Shown piece after piece: positions 13,997-26,395 of a DNA stretch of 54,251 nucleotides. Origin of the DNA: Octopus bimaculoides (lineage: Eukaryota); contig NC_068985.1 in assembly GCF_001194135.2 (NCBI RefSeq), positions 119,697,757 to 119,752,007 on the forward strand. The letters are read 5' to 3'. The notes under the pieces were generated by a model, which was given only the letters and a program-made list of their open reading frames with translations, ran no database searches and was not told where the DNA came from. Within the stretch, counting starts at the first letter, position 1. Each line of letters begins with the position of its first letter. A program made the position numbers and the translations under genes.

Positions 13997-14742
13997 CTGA
14001 CAGAAATTTAAAACCGGTTGCAATTTAATATCAGAAAGAAGTGAAATTCTAAGACGCGCATAATTTGTTAATGCCTGTGGCGGGTATTAGTTATTTACAA
14101 TTATTAAGAAAATATGATCTTAGAAGTATTCTTCAATAGATACTATCAAAATGATGTAGCTTCAGTAAGTCACGTATCATTTATTGATTTAAAATTTATT
14201 GTTGTCATATGCGGTAAAATATTGCTTATGGTATATCAAACTGACAGGCTGCTATGTTTAGCATTCCAAGTAAATGCTGTGATTGCATTCTTGGTTCGTG
14301 AGTGTTTTAGATTTCGCTCAGCACCAAGTTTGATCTATGATCGAACGTAATTTCATAATTTATGATGAGAGGCATTTGAATTGTGACCACCATGTTCTTT
14401 TCCAAGTTAAAAGCACGATGCACAGAAAAACACATCGTCGAATGTGCTTTTGTGTTCTCGACAGAAATGTGAAATACGAGTGAGCTGCATGTGGCAGCTA
14501 TTTATTGCAGATATAAAGACCACAAAGACCAAGTCGGGTACGAATTTAGGGTTTCTATCAATGAGTGAAAGAACCAAACACAAAATTACGCATGTCTTTT
14601 ATCTTTTATCTTTTACTGGTTTTAGCCAGAGGCTGAGTCCAGTGTGGTTAGGTTTCTTTTCTGTACGGTTTCTAGTTAGAGTCGTGAGTTAGATAGAGCT
14701 GCACTTCTTTGTGCGAAAGATAAATAGATGGATGTAGATAAA

Positions 14743-14875
<133 letters not shown>

Positions 14876-15055
14876 ACACAGATATATATATACACACACA
14901 TATGTACCACACGGTGAAATGTTGGAGTGAAATAGCTTTTTGTACTCATATACTTAATAACGTAGAAGGCATTAGATATAAAGTATTGCACCATCAACAA
15001 TCAATCAATCCGAATTTCTTGTTAACATCAAAATATGGTTTATCGATATACTTAC

Positions 15056-15179
15056 ATCGGTCCAGTTCTCTGAATGTAGGACATATTTTTGTAAACCATG
15101 ATATTAAACGGTTAAGATCCTCTTCAGTTTTTTCTTCTGGGCTCAGTTTTAAAAGATCAATCAGATTTGGGAAAGACAT
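15056..15179 (-). CDS. Probable initiator exon of a cyclic nucleotide-binding domain (CNBD/Epac/PDZ-GEF-like) protein
   Basis: Encodes MSFPNLIDLLKLSPEEKTEEDLNRLISWFTKICPTFRELDR plus 1 nt, then a GAT|GTAAGT donor (phase 1). The ATG has aaacaATG context with an in-frame upstream stop. The peptide resembles the 'K.P.ERT.E(D/E)...L..W....F..L' helical segment that precedes CNB domains. I did not find the CNB beta-roll exons in the window. Confidence 0.62.
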
Positions 15180-15430
15180 TGTTTGTTGCTTTCTTCTTTT
15201 CTTTTTTTGCTTTTAAGTTGCGATAAGTTAAGTTAAGCGCTTTAATTTTCTGTTTCCTTGTTTTGTCTTTTCCAATGAGTTCCTATGTATCAAGTTTATG
15301 CCAGTCACCGCGAAAGATTTAGGAACAGTAAAAGAACTGGCAGGAACACGAAAACTTAAAGACGTCCAAAGACAAACAGAACGGCATTTGATATCTGAAA
15401 ATATAAAATAACAATAAAAATTTTCATCAT

Positions 15431-15852
15431 ATCTTTACTTTTCTATCTTTTACTTGTTTCAATCATTGGACTGCGATCCTGATCACACACCGCCTTTAAG
15501 GGTTTTGCCGAAAGAAATCGACCTCAGTGCATAAATTTTAAAGTCTGCTATGTATTCTATCGTCCCTTTTGCCGAACCGATAACCTACAAGAATGTAAAC
15601 AGACTTATACCAATTGTCAATCTGTCAACGACACACCCACAAACACATACACCCCCCCACACACACACACATACACATACTTAAACACACACACAAGGGC
15701 CTTTTTTTTTACCTTTCTGTGTATCAAGTCCACTCACAAACAAGGCTTTGATCGGTCCGAGACTATAGTGGAAGACACTAGCACAATGAGCTGCGGATTG
15801 GGATTGAACGCAAGATCGTGTCGTTGAGCAGAAACAACTTACATCACAGCCA
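15431..15852 (-). mobile_element. SINE family B
   Basis: CTTTTACTTGTTTC...CCACTCACAAACAAGGCTTTGATCGGTCCGAGACTATAGT. Confidence 0.8.
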
Positions 15853-16179
15853 GATCTACAACTCAAAAATGAGGAATAGCCTTAATCAATTCTCGCTACT
15901 TATTGAAATCTTTTCAACGGTGTCTACATCAATCGATTAATTATTATAAAATGAATTTTTATTTGAAGAAATCTGAGGCAGAGGCGATAATAAGATTCAT
16001 GTCACCCCACAGCTATCTCACAGACCTCTTCCCGTACCAAACCACACTGAATTCTTAGCAATGTTCTTTTGTATTAATGCTACTCGTCAATCGTAATCCC
16101 ATTCATCGTTGAAAGTCTGATATCGTGTCTGTCTGCCTGTCTGTTATCCTGTCTGTCTGCCTGTCTATCTATCTGTCTG

Positions 16180-16255
<76 letters not shown>

Positions 16256-18283
16256 ACTAACTAACTAACTAACTAGCTAGCTAGGTAGCTATCTACCTAT
16301 GTCCGATTTAGTTACACTGGTATATTCTAATATCAACAATACAGTTCGTATCTAATAAAAATAGTGCCGAAAAAGAACTCGTGAGAGCAGTGCTCGAAGA
16401 TAACCACTGTTCAATAGCTGAAACCGGTTACAGAGAAATTATAGAAAAACGTAGAAGGCATTATTTATGGCTGTGTAAATTTATACCTCTGTCATGTTAT
16501 GGTACTTAGAATGAGTCTCACCATATATACAGTAATGCAGCGATCTTGCCTCGGTTTGGTAAAGTCAAGAGCCCTTTCTAAAACACGTAATCGATCTGGG
16601 GATATTGCCTGAGAACATGGAGGCCATCTTGCTATTGTTGATATCACTTGATAATATCTGTCTAGCTATTTCAATACTAAATTGAAATCCGGTGTAATGC
16701 TTGTTGTTTCCCAATAGAAACCGTGATTGACACTTCTGAGACTGTCAAAGAACGCACAGGAATTATAATCTCCTTATAGCTTACGACCTTATCATAATGG
16801 ATTGAATAGTGATTCATCATATGAGCATTAGTATTGTTACTGCAAAGCACATAATCATTTTTCTCTTTGTAGAGGTTAAATGGCTGGAGTGGTAAGTTAC
16901 ACCGCTACACCTCACATATCGATGCTGCTTAAAAAGGACTACACTTTTGTGTTGTGAAGAACACACCGTGAAATACACTACACTTTCGAAAATGGCTGAT
17001 TCGGTGCGAACCACCTTTTCTCCGCTACCCGTCACCTATTATCAAGAATTTTTCAATGACTATTGTAAGAGATTGTCTCGGATTCTTATCTCAAATTCTT
17101 TCACTGCAGGCGTCGAATTGGCAAAGTCGTTAGAGCCAATGAAATGCCTTATAGTATTCACTCCGGCTCCATACACTCTAACTTAACATCTCGCCAAGAA
17201 CGTTTTGCCATTCAAGTCTAGGTGGACTAGCAGGATAATTGAAGCATCCGTTAGATGCCTTGTGGTAAATTATTCAGGGTTTTCGTGTTTGGGGTTTAAA
17301 TCCTGCTGTGACCTACACAAGTAGTAAACTTAAGCTGCCGTTTGTTTGAATACCAACACTACACTTGGTCATCCGCTGATTTTAGAAGACTTTACTCTAT
17401 TGCAAACATTGAGGTTGTGTCTCTACTTTGAGGATAACTTTTTCCATTTCTCCCACTAGTTTTGGGGCCTCTGAAAATGGTCTGTGTCCTGATCTTTCCC
17501 TGCATTTTCGATCGAAAATGCAGAAAGAGTTTCGAGCTATAAGCATCGTAACACGGCTCTTTACTTGTTTAAATTCAACTGCTCTTGAAGTCATAGCTCG
17601 GAGACGGATCAGTTTTGCTAGGCTGACAGGCTGTATTTATACAAAAGGGAGAAGAAACTTTCATTAGTGCTCAAACCACTCATAACTTTACAAAAGTCTC
17701 CTATACATTAACAATATTGCGAGTTCAAATTCCAATGCATATGTTTAGATGGATCACATAGCAAAACACCTAACTACATTCTTCCCGGTTTTATTTTGTT
17801 GGAAAATATTCTATATTGATCATAGTTAATGGTTAAAAAAATCAGATTCTCGATCAGCGTTTATGTTGTTGTATGGTGGCCTCAATGCCAGGTCAGTCTT
17901 GACTGAGCAAAATTACAATTAAAAACATTCCAATGAAATTCCTATCTTTATTTCAACCGATGTGTCTTTTCTTTTTTAAGACAGAAAGATATAATTTAAA
18001 GGAAATTTGGCAGCTATCTAGTCGGTTGGACGATCACATGAAGGTTATCGTGAGCATTTCTCTTTCGCTCATTCAGCGCAACAGAACGTAGCAGTAAATG
18101 CTGGTTATGTGGATATATGTGGTTATATTACTATAATGAACAACTCTGGTTCACATTGCTGATATTTATTTAACTGGTAGTAGTTGAATCAACGTATATT
18201 GCTGCCGACAATATGAATGTGAAAAGAGCGACTTTATTACACCGTGTCTTTGGTAAGCTGGCAGTACTGATGATGCACACGAC

Positions 18284-18360
18284 AGTAGCAGCAGCAGCAG
18301 CAGCAGCAGCACCACCACCACCACCACCACCACCACCACCAATAGCAGCAGCAGTAGTAG
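18284..18360. repeat. Compound (GCA)n(CCA)n(GCA/GTA)n microsatellite
   Basis: Seen directly. Confidence 0.95.
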
Positions 18361-18459
18361 CGTTTCTAATATTGGAAATACGCGTTTCTAATATTGGAAC
18401 ATTGTCACACATCTTCATAAACACATATAACAAATTGAATCAACTTAGTGTATGTGAAA

Positions 18460-19580
18460 AAGATTCTTATTTAATCGATTCAGGAGCCCAGGTTACTCTG
18501 GGAGGTTTTGAATTCGAAACGTCGAGATGTTGTACCATCCCATAAAAAGTTTTCAGCACTCTCTTTCGATTCTTTCACCGACTGTGCTGCTAATTGGGGG
18601 CTTTTAGCTTAAACTTGTACAAAGCTCCGACGCGTTGGGGCAGGTGGGTGTCCTCGATTAAAGGGATTCGAGCAGGATTTCAACGGTAAAGGGAGATAAT
18701 ACAAAACAGCAACTTATTTCTCCACTAGTCCACTGCTTTCGTTACAATAATAACTGATTCTGATTGAGATGCAAGGCCAAGTATTTGAATGAGAGAGATG
18801 TTCCATATCATGGAACCCAGTACATGACTGGTTTACGGATTTTGGAGAAATGAAAATTAGAGTTGGTCTCGGTGAGATTTAACATCAGAGCACAAAGAGT
18901 GGAAGACATACAGCAAGGTATTTTTAGTCTGAAGCTAAGATTCTATCAATCAACCTCTTTTGCTTTTAAATTGGACATAAAACCCAAAGTTTAGAGTCGA
19001 GAGGACTGATCGATTATATACCTGCACCATCATACCAGTTTTTCACTGGTACTTTTATTTTATCATCCACAGAAGGATGAAAGACAAAGATGATCTCATG
19101 GGGAGGAAATAACCTAAACTCAAAATATGAAGAACCAGAAGAAATACCACAGTACATCTATTTCGGCACTCTACCGATTCCACCAGTGTAACGCACTTTA
19201 TTAGTCTGGAAAATGCAGGATAGGATTAATCGATTACAGTGACTGCAGTTCTTGCCTGGTACTTTAAATCTATAGTTCTTGGGGAATAAAGCGAAAGTTG
19301 ATGTCGGTAGGATCCGAAATCAGCACACAAACCGTCAAAAAAAAAAAAAGTACATCAAGATATTTTATCTGACGTTTTAATGATTCTTCTAAACAACAGC
19401 CTTTTAAATTTCGTACCGAGGTTATAGGTCAAAAATTTTAGGGAAATTGTTTAGTGTATTGAATTGATCCTGATGTCTAACGTGTACTTTTTCTCATGGA
19501 CTTGAGAATGATGAAAAGGAGAGTTAAAACGGGAAGGATATGAATTTAGAATACCTGATGTTCTAACGGTTCTGCTAAAT
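18460..19580 (-). mobile_element. Cluster of 4-5 old, co-oriented SINE family A copies
   Basis: Decayed core motifs recur near 18470, 18820, 19050, 19250 and 19480. Confidence 0.55.
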
Positions 19581-19747
19581 CAAGTAGAAGTGAAAAATAA
19601 ATAACAAAAGACTACAAAAGGAAGGCCTGTGATCTTTGGCGTGTAGGTCGTCATGATACAGTGAACCGTCACGTTAAAGAGTCCCAGGAGAGGTTACAAA
19701 AAATAATTTTTTACCGCCTTATTTTTTAAATAATATAAGTTGAGGAG

Positions 19748-19788
<41 letters not shown>

Positions 19789-19961
19789 CGTTTTAAGTAC
19801 TATATACACAAGTGCTATAATCGTTTTAGGATCTCGAAAAAAAATTTTTCATGAACCTTCTGATTCTTTTAATGTGATAGTTTCTTGGTATTAAATTGAT
19901 ATTAATTAATATCGAAATTTTGCCATATTATGTTAATTATATATATATATATATATATATA

Positions 19962-20153
19962 TGATTGACCGTTGACTGAACACTATTCAATTTTTTTTCT
20001 CCGTGTTTTTCTCCTTGTCTCCGTATTCTTTCTGTTGAAGAGCGTAGCTCGAAACGTCAAAGACTTTCCGTATTCCCGAGCGTCATACTAATATATACTT
20101 TTGTTATTTACACCACCTGTCCTCGTCTGTTGTTATTTTTTGTATATTCTCCC
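19962..20153 (+). mobile_element. (TA)n-flanked short repeat carrying a hammerhead-like motif; probable Penelope-like terminal fragment
   Basis: Bounded by (TA)n on both sides and contains CTGTTGAA-GAGC-GTA-GCTC-GAAAC-GTC-AAA-GAC at 20032-20064. The PLE assignment is inferred. Confidence 0.5.
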
Positions 20154-20450
20154 ATATATATATATATATATATATATACACGCACACACACACGTTTATA
20201 TAAAGCTTATAGATAGAGTAAAAACAGTGTTTTAGCTGGGTAGTGTTCTGTGGGATTAATTACCAGAAAAAGTTCATAATATGAGTCCTTAAAAAGTGCC
20301 TTGCATTATGTGTTCCGGCTTTATATGTTTGGAGCTGTAATTCCGCTGATGAAAATTTTGCCTCTTTCATCTCTCAGAGACTGACAATAAGAGGTACAAA
20401 TCAAGTACCAGGTTCGATATGACCGACGAATATCTTTCTTCAAACAATTG

Positions 20451-20649
20451 TTTCAAATTTTGGTACACGGCCAACGATTTCAGAGGAGGCGGGTAAGTCG
20501 ATACCATAGACCCCAGTGCTCAATTGGTATTTATTTTATCGATCCCGAATGAATGAATGGTAAAGTCGGTCTCGGCAGAATTTGAGCTCAGAACATGAAA
20601 TACCACTAAGGATTTTGCCCGGCGTGCTAACGATTCTGCCAGCTCGCCG
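20451..20649 (-). mobile_element. SINE family A
   Basis: Ends in CGGCGTGCTAACGATTCTGCCAGCTCGCC and has the typical core. Confidence 0.85.
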
Positions 20650-21844
20650 CTTTATCTTTCTCAAATACTGCTGGCCTTGTAAAAAAAATTAGAAACAAAA
20701 TCTGAAAGAATTCTTTGGGGGAAAAGAAAGGGTCAGTGTCTTTGCAGACCTTCGGAGATTGACCCACCCGTTGAGATGCAGCAGGCAGGAATGACAGATG
20801 CAGTGCAATAACATCAGCAGACCCACGAGAAGAATGTAAGATGAATAGCAAAAGTAACGTAAATTCCATTCCAGCTTCGACTGGAATGAGTTTTATTGGA
20901 TATACGAAACAGGAAATTTCGCACAAATTAACATTCTGAACAGATAGGGGAAATACAAATGAATAACTTCTTACCTTCTCACATTTTGACAGTTCTATGG
21001 CACATTTATGTTTAGAGACATCGAAATATAAGCTGTTCCCATTCACGGTTGTAGTGTGTTGACGTCATAAAACCTGATGTCTTCTGATGTCATTAAAACT
21101 TGCTGAGCGCGTGTTTTAAATAGAATAAATGAAAATTTGGTAATCATGCAACCAAAATATATTTAATCTACATTTCGTATTTAACTGCAAACGTTGTTAA
21201 CGTAACTACTAAGGCCCCAGGGACGAAATTTGCTAAATTCCCTTCAAATCACCAAATGACATCTTGTCTTTACATAAAAGAGGGGAAATATATTAAGAAA
21301 TGCCTGGCATAAAGACGAGATGATCATGATAAAAATGCGTTTTATCATGGATCCGCTCGATCACAGCTACCTATGAGCTAAACGTTAACAACAGCAGCAA
21401 TGATAACAACAACACAAGCAGAAAGAAGTAAACTCAATAACTTTTGACATTTGATGTCTCCGAAACCACAATTCGATGAGAAATACCAGCCAGAAATAGT
21501 AGCCACATTGTCCTTACGCCACACCCGAAACAATGGACGCGTTGACTAATGTAATCTCAGATATTTACGTCTGAAAGAAAAGACGGGATAGTCATGACTA
21601 GAAAACCTTCTATAATAAATCTACTCCGTCAAGGATGTCCCGAGATGAAGCAACAACCATAAACACTGAAGCATTATGTCTGTGTTGCCAAGTCAACTTT
21701 GACCGAGTCTCTATCAAAACATAAACCTTACTACCAACACCATTCCATCAGGTCAGGATTATCTAAGACTACATTATCAATGTAACCCTTATTTGTGACA
21801 ATAATGCATAATTTGGTGTGTGAGTAAATTGTTCGCTTTGCAAA

Positions 21845-22090
21845 CACGTGGTTTCAGGTTCAAAATGTAGGCTGGCACCTTAAGTAACTATTTTTTTACC
21901 ATAGCTTGAGATTCATCAATAGCATGCGAATTGAATTTGTCGGACGGAAATTAAGCGGAAACCTGTTGCATGTGTGCAAGTGTGTATAAGACTACATGTG
22001 TATGGTTGTGTGTATGTATGTATGTATGTATGTGTGTGTGTGTGTCGCTTTGGATGTGTTAATTGGCCCCAAACCATTCGAAGTGTGTGC
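21845..22090 (+). mobile_element. Degenerate SINE family B
   Basis: CACGTGGTTTCAGGTTCA...GGACGGAAATTAAGCGGAAACC, followed by a TG microsatellite. Confidence 0.55.
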
Positions 22091-22141
22091 ACAAACACAT
22101 GAACATACTCAGGCACAAATACGCGTATATATTTGTGTGTG

Positions 22142-22186
<45 letters not shown>

Positions 22187-23760
22187 GTGAATGAGTATGC
22201 GTGACCAAATACATATAACACGAAGTGATTTTCTATGAACAAGCTGGCCTTGTAAATTATCCATCCGGTTGCTTCTTCAGCCGGAACGCAATAACGAGAC
22301 TTGAATTTATCCATATTAAATATACTAAGAGACACTTTAGTCATGACATGCTTAAATTTACTTAAACTTATATATTCAGTTCACCCATATTCAGAGATAG
22401 TTTAGGCAACAGAGCGTAGCAACGAATATCGTAAAAGCAATATGTGGAGAAGTAAATACAGCTTTTAATCAAAATAGAGTAAGAAAATGAATTCTGAATC
22501 AGGTAACTTTGTAACAGGTAGTAACATTGTTTACAGGGTGAGGTTGATCCCAGAAGCAAAATTCATATCCCAGTGCTAGTTTATGTATATTTCCATGCTT
22601 GTAGTTCGAACTCTGTTTTGGATAAGATCTTTTCTCTTTCTCTATCTCACATCCACACATGCATAACTATAAGTTTAATGGAGCACTTCCATAGTTATTT
22701 GCTTGAGAATAAATTTCCTTAATTTAGTTTGACGAATATCTACATTTAGAACATTTAATATTGTTCTCATAGTGCTTTTGATGCAGTGTGGTGTGTTAAC
22801 TACAACAATATGTAGGTGAGTTGAATATCTGCCGATAGTATATTTAATATTGCAGTTGCGGTTCATTACGTTACATGTCGTACATGGTCGCGAGAACCCG
22901 TTTCGCATATATCTATATAGTCGAGCTGTTTTAGAATACAACACACACACCACGCACTGACACACACAGACGTTCATACATTAATACATACATGCACACA
23001 CCTGCATGTGTATATGTATATGCATGCAAAAAATAAGCGAGAGGGAGAGAGAGAGGGGTAGGGAGAACAAGACACAAAGTTATATACATATATATCTTCC
23101 TTCATGTTTTCGAGGTACATTATATCTAGGACTACATTATTTAATGTCCACTATCCTTCTTATGAAGATGTAATACTTGTGGGAGATATGAACAGTATTA
23201 TCAATACATTGAGAGACTACCTTATATTCTGACGGTGATTCAAAATTGATGTATGTGATAGACTACCTGGAATATAATAGAATTTTATTTTAACTAAGTG
23301 TACGTATTTTAAGATTTTTCAAATTTTTACTTTTGCAATTTCAAATATTCTAGTATTTCTGAATAACATTTAATTAGTGTTTTCGTATTATTAACGCTTT
23401 ATATTCATCCTTTTACTACTTTTTGCTATCTTATTACTATCGGGTTGTCAGATAAATCTGTTTCGTTGTTTTCTACTTGATACTCTGTCATCATACGCCT
23501 GAAAATAGAGAAAATTTATTCAAATTTCAAAAACGATACGCTAAAATGGTGGAGAAGGATTAGAGGTATGAAAAGTCGTAAAACACTACGATAAAGATAT
23601 TTATCCTATTAATTCACATAACATTGAAAAAGGTTAAAACGAATAGTAAGAGAAAAAAAAACGTATGAATTTATTTAAAAAACAATATTTAAAATTTAAA
23701 ATCTGATGTTCTGATGTAATCTCCTCACTGTAAAGCATGAAGTCTTCAGTATTCTGTTAC

Positions 23761-25034
23761 TATTAGGTCGACAAGTATGAAATTTGCTGTAAGATATATG
23801 GTAAAATTGACAGCTGCTCATTTTGCGCCATTATTGTATTTTGACAATCATCATTTTTTGTTAGAAAGCTGACACATCTATTTGTTTATTCTAACTCATT
23901 TTGCGCTTTATAAAGCATTTATAAATCGATTTTTACCGTTTTTGTTTAGAGACGGATAAGTCGGAAATTCGTACAGTTTTGAAATATAAGTTGTTTCTTG
24001 GAAATGCAGAATCACAGACAGATCGGAATATTAATGGAGTATTTTATTTTAATGCTATTACACAGCAGACAGTATCAAAATTGGTTTGCAAAATTTCCTT
24101 CTGGTAACTTTGACCTCACAAATGAGCAACGCAGTCGACCAGAAACAAAGGTAGATAATGACGAACTGAAAGCCACTGTCGAGTCAGATTCATCTCAAAG
24201 TGCCCGTGAATTATCGTTGTTGTTTGGTGTTAGCAAGCAAACAATATTGACTCACCTAGTTCAAATCGGTAGAGTGAAAAATTTGGACAAGTGGGTTCTA
24301 CGTGAACTGAATGAAAATCAGAAACAATAATGTTTGGAAGCCTGCATTATGCTACTTTCTCGTCACAAAAATGAATCTTTTTTTAATCGAACGTGATCAG
24401 AAATGGATCCAATGCAACAACTTTAAACGTTCATCACAATGGTTGGATGAAGACTAGCCACCAAAACAGAGTCCAAAAAGCAAAATTCATCAAATGAAGC
24501 TGATGCTGTGTTTGGTGGTCTGCCGCAGGTGTGATCCATTATGATTTCATTAAATCTGGCTCATCAATCACGATCGAAGTATACTACAGCCAACTGGACC
24601 AAATGAAGCAGAAACTTACAAAAAAAAAAAAACAGCCTAGGTTAGTCAACAGATCCACTCCTTTTTTATTTCAAGACAACGCCAGACCACACATCGCAAA
24701 AATGACGTTGGCGAAACTACAAGAGTTGGAGTTGGAAGTTCTCCATCTTCCACCATACTCACCTGCTCTTACCCCCACTGACTACCACTTCTTCCAGAAT
24801 TTGGATAACATTTTGATAGGCAACAAGTTTAATTCCGACGATGCTGTAAAACAGGGCTTCCAAGATTTTATTGCCTCTAGATTGTCAGGCTTTTACTGTT
24901 CCAGGCTGGACAAGCTACCGCTGAAATGGCAAAAGTGTATTAACAATTTGGGTGCATACTTCGATGAATAAAACTATTCGTTGTATTTATAAAACATTAA
25001 CAAACCTTTTTTTTCTTTTCTACAAATTTCATAC
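23761..25034 (+). mobile_element. Degenerate near full-length mariner (DD34D) element
   Basis: Left TIR TA-TTAGGTCGACAAGTATGAAATTTG; the right TIR matches only for CAAATTTCATAC (25023-25034). The broken transposase (23952-24971) shows DKSEIRTVLKY, WVLRELNEN, FQDNARPH and YSPALTPTDYHFF. Confidence 0.93.
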
Positions 25035-25465
25035 ATACATACATACATACATACATACATACATACACGCATACATCAAAGTTCATCTATAAATAAGCTC
25101 CAAATGTTTGAAATTTCGTCAGGTTATAACCGTATCATAACCGTAGCATCGGTGAGATTAATTATTGTAATAATTATTATAACATTCTTGTAGTAAAGAA
25201 AAAAGTAGCTGATATATCAGGAATTGAAATTAAAATTAATTGAAAATAGAATGCAATAGGATCTATATCTGATGTTCGGCAGTATGGTGTCAATAACAGA
25301 GATGTGAAAGTCGACTAGATTAGCCAAAATGTTGTTGTAATTCCATACGATCGCCTTTCAACTTTTCTATGTTCAGTCATTGAAACCGTGTACTACGTTA
25401 AAGAGTTTTGACGTCATGAAAAAATTCTTCAGGTCATTGTAATAGATGATGCACTTCATAAGAAA

Positions 25466-26395
25466 TACGTGGTGGTATCAAAAAGTTCCGGGACTAGTGC
25501 TGCAGTGCACCAGCAGATGGTAGCACACGATTGTGCACACAGTGAGAGCTATCAGTGACCTTCATGCAGCTCTGTGTCGATGGACATTGCTGTTTTTACT
25601 TCGTAAAGTTGTGAAATTTGTGATTTTGTGATCACGTGCATGCTGTAATCTGTGATTTCATCATGACAGGAACAAAGAACCAACGTGAAATTTTGCGTTC
25701 AGCCTGGGAAATCTGCTACAGAAACATTGAGCATGCTCTGGCAAACTTATGGCGACAAGGAAGTGAGACGTACGGAATGTTTGGAGTGGCACGGGTGCTT
25801 CAAAAGCGGAAGAATGTTCCTGGAAGACGATGAGTGATCTGGAAGACCTGCCACGAACGTCACCCCCAGAAATGTGGTATTGTGCATCGAGAATTCGTCC
25901 CCCAGAGTCGGACCATCAATCGAGAATTCTACTATGACATTTTGAAGCGTTTGAGGGAGGATATTCGGCCAAAGTGACTGGATCCGTGGAGCAGAAAGAA
26001 TTGATTATTCTTAACGACGACAATGCGTCCTGTCACAGAGCTTTCCCCACTCGTACATTTCTCGCCAAAAACAACACGGTATCGCTTCCTCACCCAGCCT
26101 ATTCCCCAGATTTAGCACCTGCGGACTTCCATCTGTTCTCCAAAATGAAAATGCTGCTCAAAGGTCACCGTTTTAACACAGTTTTCGAAATCCAGAGCGA
26201 ATCGCAGAAGATTCTCGGCATGCTTACAGAAAACGAATTCCAGGCCGGATTTCAAAAGTTGCAGAAACGCTGGGATCACTGCATTGCTGCTCAAGGAAGG
26301 TGACTATTTCGAAGGAGATGATGTTAAAACTTAGGTGAATAAGTCGTATTTTATTAAACATAACTAGACCGGTAACTTTTTGATACCACCTCGTA
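25466..26395 (+). mobile_element. Internally deleted mariner of a second lineage (irritans-like N-terminus), both TIRs and TA TSDs
   Basis: Termini are TA-CGTGGTGGTATCAAAAAGTTCCGG...CCGGTAACTTTTTGATACCACCTCG-TA. Peptides are QRTNVKFCV..GKSATETL, EDDE*SGRP, DDNASCH and YSPDLAPADFHLFSKMK; the central region is missing. Confidence 0.93.

Noticed and set aside
16393-16430. Further hammerhead-like traces (also 13994-14019 and 53764-53785)
   Set aside because: Only one core element is present in each (GAAACCGGTTA or CTGATGA), without convincing stems.
18213-18545. Poly-Ala/poly-Pro ORF resembling a transcription factor
   Set aside because: It is driven by a compound trinucleotide repeat, runs into decayed SINE sequence, and has no DNA-binding domain.
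20627-21046. 139-aa minus ORF with a signal-peptide-like segment (MEFTLLLLFILHSSRGSA)
   Set aside because: It ends inside a SINE head, has no recognisable domain, and has only weak splice support.
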